From: Paragordius varius
Lineage: Eukaryota > Animalia > Nematomorpha
Assembly: GCA_964247055.1 (NCBI GenBank)
Contig: OZ176054.1
Location: 8,432,001 to 8,496,000, forward strand
DNA length: 64,000 nucleotides
Direction: 5' to 3'
Both the position numbers and the translations under genes were made by a program. Each line of letters begins with the position of its first letter. Position 1 is the first letter of the stretch. Under the pieces are notes generated by a model. That model saw nothing but the letters and a program-made list of their open reading frames with translations, was not told the origin of the DNA and searched no databases. Positions 49,781 to 61,200 of this stretch are shown piece after piece.

Positions 49781-52167
49781 TCTATATATTTATAAAAATG
49801 GAAAATGCTGGCTTTGTGATCTGTTTCCGGAAATCCTGTAGACCCATTCAATCCAAATGTCTAAAAAATACAATCATTAACGAATGCCCCGATAATAGCT
49901 TCGCCCTTTTTCGAATTATATCCATTCCCCTTGTAAAAAACGGGTTTTTTTGAAAACAGAATTCCACAAAAATCGTGTCGTGGACAATTTTCCGGAAAAC
50001 GTATTGGACCATTTAATTTCAAATATGATTTTTTTTACTTTTTTTCGAATGCGTTGAACATAGTCGGCTCGTTTTAATTTAGGCCCTTTTTTTACCCGCT
50101 CCCCCCTTAAAATGCCATTTTTTTAAAAAAAATAAGTCCACAAAAATAATTTTTCGAATCTATTTTTCCCCCAAGGTAAGAAGAGACTGTAAAAATTCAA
50201 TGTTCCAGGTACTCCTAGTTAAAAAGCAAAAATTTTAGTCCTGCGTTTTTTTATATTGGCTGCCGGGTAAGGAAATACCCACAAAAAACTGCCACATCAT
50301 ATCGAAATAACGTGCCTTTGGGGCTAAGTTTTAGAAAACCTATATCATACCATATGAGTTCTATAGGTGCTTAAAATATTACCCGTAACAAGGCAAAAAT
50401 TTCGGTCGTGGGGTTTTTTGAAATTAGCCGTTAATTAGGCCCTTACGCCCTGAAAAATGCGCTACCATAGAATGAATATTTAGTTTTGAGGCAATTTTTC
50501 CAAAAACTAATGAGAGCATATGGAATCAATGATTCCAGGTATTCTCCGTAAAAAGGCAAAATTTTTATCAAGCGCTTTTTTGTATTAGCTTATGGGTAGG
50601 GGGTTACCCGTCTAAAACTGTGCGACGATTTCGAAATCGCGTTGTTTAGGAGTTAATTTTCAAACTTATCAGGCCACATAAGTTTAATAAGGGTGAAATC
50701 CCGTAAAAAGGCAAAAATTTAAAGCGGTTTCAATTAGCCGTTGAGGCTCTTTATGCCCTAAAATAGGCTATCATTGAACTATTATTTAGTTTTGAAGCCA
50801 TTCTTCCATAAACTATTAGGAACATATGGAATGAAGGATGATTCCAAGTATTCCCCTATAAAGACAAAATTTTTTATCGAACGTCTTTTTTATATTAGTG
50901 TCTAAGTAGGGGACTACCTGCCAACACCGCCATATCGATACAACGTGACTTTGGAGGTATATTTTAGAAAACTTAACAGACTATAAAGTTTATTAAGGGC
51001 TTGAAATGTTACCCGTAAAAAGGCAAAAATTTAAGTAGAGTGGTTTTATTAAATTACCCCTTAATTAGTCCCTTGCCCTGAAAAATGCGCCACCATAGAA
51101 TCATTTTTTGGTTTTGCGGCAATTGAAAATCCCACGAGAGCATATGGAATCAATCATGATTCCGGTTATTACCCGATTTAGGGCAAAAAATTTAATTGAG
51201 CGATTTTTTGTTTCGCCCCTGGTTAGGGGGCTACCCGCGTAAAACTGTGTCACCATATCGATACAGATGCCTTTGGAGCCAAATTTCAGAAAACCTATGA
51301 GTCTAATAGGAACATTTGGAATCCATGATAATTCCAGATATTCCCCATATAAAGGCTCCCAACGTTTTTTTATACCTGCCCCTAGATTAAAAGCTACCCG
51401 CCAAAAACTGCGCCACCATATAAAAAGAGCGTTGTTTTGGACCTAATTTACAGAAAATTTATGAGGCCATCTGATATCATTAAAAGCTTGAAATATTACC
51501 CGTAACTAGGTAAAAAAACAGGCGTTTTTTATTAGCCGTTAATTTGGGGCCTTGCCCTAATACGCCATCATATAACGATTATTTAGTGGTAAGGTATTTT
51601 TCGAATAACCCATGAGATGATGGTATTAAAGATGACTCCAAATATTTTCCTTTAAAGGCAAAGAATTTAACTAAGCGCTTTTACCATATAGGTCTCTGAG
51701 TAGGGGTCTACTGGTTTAAAACTGAGACGCCTATAAAAATGGCGTGGTTTTGGAGCTAATTTTCAAAAAACTTAAGAGGCCATACGAGTTCAATTAAACA
51801 CATTTCTGGGTAATTTAATATCATTTTCTATTAAAAATAGACCACAAATTATTTACTTTTTATATCCCTTGATCCCAGCTAAGTGAACACAATTTCAAAA
51901 TAAAAGTAACCATGATTTTGTAAAACGAAAATCTTAAAATAAATCCAATGATAGTTGAATATTAACCTTAATAAAGGAAAGTTTAAATATGGTAGAATTT
52001 GAGTAAACAATATGTGAGCATATGCAAAAACCCGTAAAGGAATATTAAAGACATTCTTTTTATTGAATATGTTTTTTATTATTTTTTATCTCCATTATTT
52101 ATTGCAAATTGTTAAGAAAAATCATCGGTGAGACTACGCCACAGCGAAGCGTGACAGGGGCAGGTAG
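49781..52167 (+). mobile_element. Non-autonomous Helitron, near full length, with about 10 internal ~160-bp monomers
   Basis: 5' end A|TCTATATATTTATAAAAATGG. 3' end GCCACAGCGAAGCGTGAC hairpin followed by GTAG|T (CTAG-like). Colinear with 19541-21597. Confidence 0.82.
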
Positions 52168-52956
52168 TTAGATATAAAAGGATAAAAATACAATTATTCT
52201 ACTAGTTTTTCAATTCTTTCGCTTTTCTTTTATCGAATAATCAAAATTTAGGTGAAATAATTAGGAATTTTTAGATTTTTGTGTTCGATATAACATAAAT
52301 ATGTGGGGCATGAAATTTAAATTTATAATGTCATAATCTGAAAAATTGATTCGAACTCACTTATTTTTAGATGATAAGGTATATTAGATAGGGTGGGGTC
52401 CTACTCAATGGGTATCAAAATAAGAGTGCTTTAATTTTGCCTTTAAATGGCCAATATTTAAAACCATAATTTAATCTATGCTCTCAAGGTTTTCTGAAAA
52501 ACTGCTTCAATATTTTATATGATGGCGTATTTAGGGATGCGTGAAGCCATACCGAGTGTGGCTTTATTAATCTTCGACGAACAAAAGTTTTAGTATATTT
52601 AACATAAATTTAATTTTGTTGTTTTTACACTAATTTTAATATACATTAAGTTGAGGCTTGATTGTCAAAAACGCCTCGTAATCGCTTTAAAATCAATCAG
52701 TAATGTATTAAGGCAGGAGGACGTAGCTTTGGGCCGTATAGTGCTGCCATAAATAATAAAATAAAAGATACGCGTAAAAACTAAAAGATTTTTTAAAATT
52801 ATATTACTAACACTTTAGAAAAATGAATTATTTTGTTTAGGTAAAACGAGTGGGAACAGAAAACAATCTTTTTGAAACTCTTTTTTGTTCAAATACATTT
52901 TCAATTAGGTAAATATTAATTTTATTATCTATTTTACATAAAATTTGGTTTTTTAA

Positions 52957-54123
52957 CACTTGGATACAACACACTCATTTTAGTCCTTCGATTCAAATTG
53001 GGGTAGTTGGATACCCCAGGCATGTTTAAAAACAAATACTTTATAAAGTATGAAAACAATCAAAACCATTGCAAAATTTTGCACTTATATAACATTAATA
53101 AACCGAAATATATAAAAAAATTTATTCAAAAATACTTGCTTGATATTACTTATTTTAAGCTAAAACCGAAAGGTAAAAATTCCGTCAACGTGACATGTGT
53201 ATATTGGTAAAATTAAAAAATAATCCAAAATAAAGCGCTTTTTCTATTTCTATCAATGTTAGATGTAATTTAACACTTGGATACAACACACTCATTTTAG
53301 TCCTTCGATTCAAATTGGGGTAGTTGGATACCCCAGGCCTGTTTAAAATCAAATACTTTAGAAAGCATGGAAGCAATCGAAACCATGGCAAAATTTTGCA
53401 CTTATATAACATTAATAAACCGAAATATATAAAAAATTTCATTCAAAAATACTTGATATTACTTATTTTGAGCTAAAACTGAAAGGTAAAAATTTAGTCA
53501 ACGTGACATGTGTCAAATTGTAAAATTAAAAAATAATACAAAATAAACCGCTTTTTCTATTTCTATCAATGTTAATTGTAATTTATATATAAAAAAAGCT
53601 TTAGCTTTACCCTTAAAATTAAATGAAGACTATATTTTGCAAAATTTTTGTAAAATAAAAATGGCGTCGAAGTGGCTTGAGATGGAACTTTTTTTTCAAA
53701 ACAAAATTTTATCAAGATATTTTGGCATATTTATATAATATTTATCAGGATAGAAGCATAAATTTAAATTGAGACCGTTTCCTTCAGTAGTTTTTTAAAA
53801 ATTTTAATTTAAATTTAGTCTGGGGTATTTAGATACCCCAAATTGAATCGAAGTGTTAAACAAAAAATTAGCTCTAATTTTACCCTTAAAATTAAATGAA
53901 GACAATATTTTGCAAAAATTTTGTATGATATAAATGGCGTCGATATAGTTTGACATGGAACTTTCAAAACAAAATTTTATTTAGATATTTTGACATATTT
54001 ATATAATTTTTATTAGGATAGAAGCAGAAATTTAAATTGGGACCGTTTCCTTCAGTAGTTTTTTAAAAATATTAATTTAAATTTAGTCTGGGGTATTTAG
54101 ATACCCCAATTTGAATCGAAGTG
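52957..54123 (+). mobile_element. piggyBac-like MITE family A with a second copy (53274-53855) nested at an internal TTAA
   Basis: TTAA at 52953-56, 53270-73, 53856-59 and 54124-27. Termini CACTT...AAGTG with subterminal CGATTCAAATTGGGGTA..TACCCC repeats. Confidence 0.88.
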
Positions 54124-54401
54124 TTAAAAATACTTAATATATTTTACAATAAAAAAGCTCACACTAAATTAATGTGGCTTATATTTTTTGGTAAACCCCA
54201 AAAAATCTGAACGGGCATTTGACCTAAAAAACGAAACTGTAACCAAATTTTAAAATACTGGATAAGAGCCGAAAAATGACTTTGATTGAGCCAATCTCTG
54301 GCACTTGCGTTGAAAATTGTGATTGTAGTTAACTGGTTATAACCGTAAATTGCCAAACGCAGTCAAGTCGTTCATTATTTTTATAATTCTATGTTTTTGA
54401 G

Positions 54402-55010
54402 TTAAAGATGAAATTTATTCATAACTTGATTATAAAGGTTCAAATTAGTAATATTAGATGGGTGCATAAAAATAATCCACTTTTTATTACTTTCAGAAAA
54501 TTCTATGTATTGCATAATCGTATTGTTCGATGACTTATTTGGAATAACTTGATTAACAGGAATAACAAATGACATCTTTCTTGCCCAAAAATTAAGATGC
54601 GATATTTCTAGAGTTTTATTTACAGAGTCGTAATTAATCTTCCCAATCAAACTTGTAGTAAATTTGGAATACACGAATAAAAAAGTTAAAGTTAATATAA
54701 ATCCCAAAGAAGATACTGTCAAAGTTTTTAGCGAAACAAAATTTTTATTATATTTATGAAAAATGTACGGAAGTATGACTAAGGTAGCAAAAGTTTGATA
54801 TAATTTAACCCGTGAAAGCGAAGCAATTAATGGGATGTACTTAAAAAAATATATGGTTTGATTTGGTGGTGATTTATTTGAAAATGTGCGAATAATGTAA
54901 GTACATTTTGGAAAAAATTGTTTTTGTGCCTGCATGAAAAACATTTTATATTTTAATGGTAAACTGTAGTGAACGGTCGTACTAATTAGCATGAAAACGA
55001 CATGTTTCAT
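54402..55010 (-). CDS. TMEM186: Transmembrane protein 186 (TMEM70/186/223 family, mitochondrial)
   Basis: Motifs IY.FKYI..IASLSRVKLYQT, two hydrophobic helices, IG.I.Y...LEISHLNFW.RK..VIP match the family. The true start codon is uncertain because several in-frame Mets lie in the first 26 codons. Confidence 0.85.
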   Translation of the reverse strand: MKHVVFMLISTTVHYSLPLKYKMFFMQAQKQFFPKCTYIIRTFSNKSPPNQTIYFFKYIPLIASLSRVKLYQTFATLVILPYIFHKYNKNFVSLKTLTVSSLGFILTLTFLFVYSKFTTSLIGKINYDSVNKTLEISHLNFWARKMSFVIPVNQVIPNKSSNNTIMQYIEFSESNKKWIIFMHPSNITNLNLYNQVMNKFHL

Positions 55011-55305
55011 GGATAAGATCGGGATTTAATTTTGGGGACTGTGAAATATAACTGAAAATGCTATTTATTATTATCCGCAATAGATCAAAGACAGGATCTA
55101 AATAGCAAAACGGATTGAATTTAAATTTTTAAGCAGTCTTTAAAGATTTATTAAATAAACAATAACATTATTTAAAAATTATCATAACCAGTTATCTTTT
55201 TTGATAACATTTCAATACGAAATGGGGTCGCGACCTCAACACAATTCAACATTCACATTCATTTCAATTCGACTCAGATTGAGGTAGTTACCCAGGCCTG
55301 TTTAA

Positions 55306-55804
55306 CACTTCGATTCAATTTGGGGTATCTAAATACCCCAGACCAAATTAAATTTAAAATTTTAAAAATAAATACTGAAGGAAACGGTCCTAATTTAAAT
55401 TTATGCTTCTATCCCAATAAAAATTATATAAATTGGCTAAAATATTTTAATAAAATTTCGTTTTGAAAAAAAGTTCCATCTCAAACTACTTGGACGCCAT
55501 TTTTATTTTGCAAACTTTTTGCAAAATATCATGTTCATTTATTTTTCAAAGTATAGTTAAAGCTAATTTTTTATTTAAATCATATCTAACACTGATATAA
55601 ATAAAAAAAGTGGTTTATTTTGCATTATTTTTCAATTTAGCCCTTGCACATATGTCAGGTTGACTAAATTTTCAACTTTGAAAATTTTGCCATGGTTTTG
55701 ATTCCTTCTATATTTTTTAAAAAATTTAATTTTGAACAGGCCTAGGGTATCCAACTACCCCAATTTGAATCGAAAGACTAAAATGAGTGTGTTGTATCCA
55801 AGTG
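55306..55804 (-). mobile_element. piggyBac-like MITE family A, inverted copy
   Basis: TTAA on both sides (55302-05, 55805-08). Reverse complement of 53274-53855. The left flank 55235-55305 resembles an older copy of the same family. Confidence 0.86.
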
Positions 55805-56734
55805 TTAATATTTAAGTATTAATCTTGTTTAAATTTTTAAATCTTCGTTTTACATAAAATAATTAACGCTAAAGGTTACTTGCCATTAAAACATGTATAG
55901 ATTTATTTCATCATACAAATGTAATGTTAATCAATTAAAAATAATAATATATATTGTATAAACATCTGCTCATTATAATTGCAAATCGACTCCCTACAAA
56001 ATGTGTAGTCTAGTAAAATAGTAGAGATTAGGGGCAAATGGTTTTATTAGTTACCAGCCTCCATTATTAAAATGTAGTTTTAATCTTTAGCAAAAATCAA
56101 ATGAGCACTCTATTTGTTTAAAACTTGAATATCTTCAAAAGTAGTTAAGATACGAATTTAAAATACGTTATCTTAGTCTTAGACGCATTATACAAAAAAA
56201 TTTTTTAAATATGAAACCGTAAAAAATCCATACACTTTTTTGCCGCCATTTTATATATATAAATATATTTTTAAATCGCTAATGCAACATATGGTTAGAA
56301 AAATTAAATAATTAAGTTTTCAGGCTACATTTTACCAGCAAAACTAGATATATTTTGCTCTTAATATCAGCTCTAATTTCAATGTGTTTTCAAGCTGCGC
56401 CAATTTTACACTCTTGAAATTACCAAACTGTACAAAAATATAAGCTTTTTTGTCTAGTACATGAGAAAAATGTTTGGTAATATTTTAACTAAAAAAACAA
56501 CTCTGCAACTTAAGTTCCGAGAAATAAAACAACCCCAAAATATAAGCTAGGAAAAAAGTAAAATGGTAATGAAGTGTTAATTATGAATGTCACGAATCAG
56601 TTTAAGAAGATTAACACATATAGCGTATATACCATTGTTTGGGGTGTTTGGCCAATACGAGCTATGCCACCTCGAAATCGTTAGAGGTAGCAAGAGACGC
56701 ACTGTAAGACAAGGGCTATGCTCATCGGCTGGGT

Positions 56735-58054
56735 CAGTGGTACTCACCAAAAAAAATTGACGGGTCAAATAAAATATTTTTTTTTCGAGGGCCATGAACC
56801 TTTATCGCAAATATTCCATAGCTATTTGACACATATGGACATATTTATACTCTAAATAAGCACAATGAATTTTTTGAAGATCGCATTTAAATCTTGCTAA
56901 AAACTCGTTTTGCACCATTTAGTTAAAAAAAATAAATAATTTTGATAACAACATTTATTTTGATATTAACCAATAATTTTTGACATTGGTTTCGCCTCAT
57001 GACAGGCCAGTCTAACACGTCGTCCATATGAGCTCCGGTTAAGCGATTTCTGTATGTATTCTTGACATACTTTATTTATGAATATGCCGTCTCACACGTG
57101 TAAGTTTGAGGAAAAACAGTTAGGATAACTTGAGGAAATTGAAATCATTTTTAATATCTACATATTTTTCAATGGATATGCGCCTGATCAAAACCGAAAT
57201 GCTCAAGTTGCTTATAAATGGATATATCCATAAGCCGGATTTTCAACGAGTTTTAAGCAATTTCTAATATTTCTTTATTCTTGAAATCTGATTACATCTC
57301 ATTAGATAAAAATGTTAAATGATTGTCTATTATAAAATTAATTCCATATTTTTTTCACGAATCGTTATAGTTCTTGGAAAATATTTGGGAAAAACTATGG
57401 ACATAATACATTTTTTTTTAATATACCCTTTTTTTATTTTCGTTTTCTTCTTGATTTTCTGGTGATGGATTGTAAAATGTCTTTCAATAGTGTATTTTTT
57501 TATAATTATGTTGTCCATACATATATGACAGACAACAACATTTTTTTTAAAACGACAAAAAAAATTTCTTCCATTCTTTTTAAAGGAGCGATTTTCATCG
57601 GATAATTTACGTTTTTTGGCATTAGATGTCATCCTTTGAATTATTTTTAAATATTGAATTATGCTATAAAAAAAACAGGTCGAAATTTAATGATGTTGAT
57701 TTGAAAAATATTTTATGGAAATGAGTAATATAAAATGATGCAGGATACCAATGAAAAGAATACATGCAAGTTTGGGTGAAAGGCTTGCTTAGATACAAAA
57801 AAGGAATGCAATTAAAATTTTAAAATAGAAAAGAAAATAGAATACAAAAACAGAAACAACATGTGCATAAATTTTGAAATCATTTAAATGTAAGAAACTT
57901 TTGTACATTTTAAATTGGGTAAGAAAAAATTACCAAAATTAATTCTAAAGAAATAAATTAATATTAAAATAATCCAAATTTATTTATGTGTATTTTAAAA
58001 ATTCATCAAAAAAAATAATTTAAGTATCAGCGGCCCGCGGTTTGAGTATCACTG
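56735..58054 (-). mobile_element. Internally deleted SPIN/GTF2IRD2-like hAT transposon
   Basis: TIRs CAGTGGTACTCA and TGAGTATCACTG. Transposase N-terminus at 57330-57632 (KRKLSDENRSF..CHIC..KYTIERHF..H) and a C-terminal remnant near 56960-57125 (TYTCETAYS..RNRLT..LRLA). TSD matches only 4/8. Confidence 0.78.
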
Positions 58055-58284
58055 GGCTATCATCAATAAAATAGGCCATATCACTTTGTATAAAATTTTC
58101 CTAAAGACCTGATAACTCACCGATAGGAAATTTCTAGTAATATTCTTATTTTAGATGTTGACATTTTTATATTATTTTCCTGGATAGCAAATTAAATTTT
58201 GTATTGTATAAATGTTCTAATTTTTGCGGAACTACTTTTACTATTAACAGCTTGTTTTACTTAAAAGGTTGAGGTTTCAACAGC

Positions 58285-61200
58285 ATGGTCATTCAGAAAT
58301 CTGAACCATATCCTACAATCACCAAATCTAATCAATTCGATGATTTAGAAGATATCGGCGAAATAAAAGAAAATGGATTGCAAAACGCATATTTTAGCGA
58401 TAATGAGGATTATGTAGATGATATAACGGATGAAGGTAATTTATTATACATTTTAGAATTGTTAAGCGATATACTCGCTCAGCGGCCTAAACCTCCCGAA
58501 AAATTTGATTCGCTTGTAATAGTGGATAATATACCCATTGTTGGCAAAGAAAAAATAAATAAATTAAAGGATGCTTTACGTAAAAAGTTTTCTTCAGCTG
58601 GTCCCATCATCAACGAATTTTATCCTGTTAATGAGGATGGAACAACCAAAGGGTTCCTTTATAATTCTAATAATTTATTAGTTATATGTTTTTAGAATAT
58701 GAAAGCGACAAATGTGCAAATAAAGCCATCGCTTTACTCGATGGCCATCATTTAGATAAGGCTCATATTTTACGAGTTAATGGTTTTGGCGACATTGAAA
58801 AGTATATATATATTTAACCTCTTTTATACCTTGATATAATTGATTAATTATTTTATTATAGATATGAAAATTTTAATGAAAACTCTGAACCACAACTGCT
58901 ATCATATAAAGAAATTGTAAGTTTTCATTTTTTTTTGAATAAAATATCAAACTTTTCTTCATACGATCTAAAAAAATGTCACTATAATACCGATTTTTCG
59001 GGTTGCTTTGCTTTTTCTTAGGCCATTCGCAAATTTCTTAAATATTTTAAATATTTAATTGCTAAATTTTAAATGATATATATTAATGTTTGTGTTAATA
59101 TCGTAGAAGCATTATTTCACACAAGATGTCTAATTTACAAATCTTTTAGGATAATCTTTACGATTGGTTATTACAAGTGGACGGAAACGATCAATTTATG
59201 GTTTTGGCTGAAAATGAAAATCACGAAAGTTTATTATCCATTTACCTCAATATTATAACCGGTCCTCAGTTAATCATAGAAAAAGAGGTATATTTTAGTT
59301 TTGATAACTGAAATATTCTACACACATATATATTCTATTCGTGTTTTAGACAAATAATTTGATTTAAATTATATTTTTGGTGTCATTTTTTTTAATATTT
59401 TATTTGAAATGTTCTCTTATCCTTTATAACATTGTTTTTTTATTCATTCATTAAAATTAATTTTTTTGTGGATAGCAATATAAATAAATATTTGCCGTTT
59501 TCAGATATTCTAATGATTCATCAATTAGCCTTTTTGTATTTTTTCAATAATTGGTCGCGATTAAAATTTAAAAATTATTCATGGATGTATTAAAGTTTGA
59601 AATAAACAGTAAACTAAAAACGTATTTTTGCTTTAAAAAAAATTAGAAATGGTCGGACAAAAAAGCATTTTGGTCACCTCAGGGCACCTACCTTGTAACA
59701 TATCACCCCAAGGGTGTCGCTCTTTACGGTACAGCTAATTTTGATCAAATCAAAAGGTTTACGCATCCCAACGTTGAATATGTCTTTTTTTCTCCTTGTG
59801 AAAGGTATGATTTATACTGTTTTATATATAAATATTTTTGGTTTGTCTATATAGAATGATATTTGGGCTTTTAATCAATATATATCTTTGAATAGATTAT
59901 AATTTTTTTACATTTTTTCTATAGATATTATTAAAGTGTTGTTACCAAAAATTTAGCAAATTCTAGATGCAAAATTTAAATTTAACCAGCTTACCTCTTT
60001 AGAATAAATAAATAGTTTCTATATTTTGTCTCTATTTGCACCTTAGATATTTCATAAGTTATTCTTCCAAACAAACATCGATTGGTGAACCTCTCATTCT
60101 GTGGGAAGTGTTATCTGGTGCAAAAGCTAAAGTATTCACTTATAATGCCACACCTATGTGCCTTGATCAACCATTTTGGCCACCTTTCAAGTATTTTCCT
60201 TTAAATATTAATTGTAATATTTTTATTTTTTTTCAAATTTTTATATGAAGAATTATTTTAGGGTACGTATATCCCAAAGTTTAGATTTATTTAAATATAG
60301 TACAAAAAGATATTTTGCTTAAAATATGATTATCAATATTGATTAGTTGTATATTATTTAAAATGCTTTACAGTTTTGTACTTGTTAAAGTTAAAAATTA
60401 GATAACACTTAAAGCGACTTGTAACAAACAGCTGGTAATGCATTTTTTCGCAAGTTTTTGAATTACCTCAAAAAATTTAAAATTAATTTGGCGGCTACGG
60501 GACTTTTACAATATTATTACTTTAAAAGAAATAATGTCTTTGCTATATGATTCATTTTTCTAAATTTGGCCCAATATCAGATGCTTTTTAAATCATTTGT
60601 GTTTGAAGGGTAAAAAATACCCAACAGGTAATAAAATATTTTAACTGCTATGTGTTATTTATTTTAATGTTAATCCATATTAGTGTTTGTTTTTTTATTA
60701 GAAAATAATATATAATGTTTGCACATGTGCATACAAGATATAACGACATTTTCTTTTTTCACCTTTGATAAATTTTTCATTTAAATATTAAACAGTGCTG
60801 TATAGACAAATAACTTTGAAAGTTGGGATAAATTTAGCTTATAACTTTTTAATTTCATATATTTGCTTAAATTTAAACAAAGAATATTAATTTTTACTAT
60901 AAATTTATATGATATACATTAAATTGTGTATTTTTTGTCTCTAATTTATGGCAACAAAGTTTTTTACTCAATTAAATTAACAAATTTTTTACATCATCAA
61001 ATGTTTTTGACCATATAAAACTGTGTCTATTTTTAACCCGTCTAATTTAATTTAATTGGATAATTTTTGTTTATTTTAAATAATAATTGCAATTTTATAA
61101 TTTTTAGATGGAGCTACGATGGTACATATTTTGCTCGAATATCCGCACCTGATACATTAGCCATATATAATATTCAAGTATTACCTACATTTTGTTGAAA

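Noticed and set aside
52650-52752. Two short GC-rich hairpins with an H-box-like spacer and ATA tail (H/ACA snoRNA-like)
   Set aside because: The stems are only 5-6 bp, there is no ACA box, and the location is not intronic. A covariance-model search would be needed; not supportable by eye.
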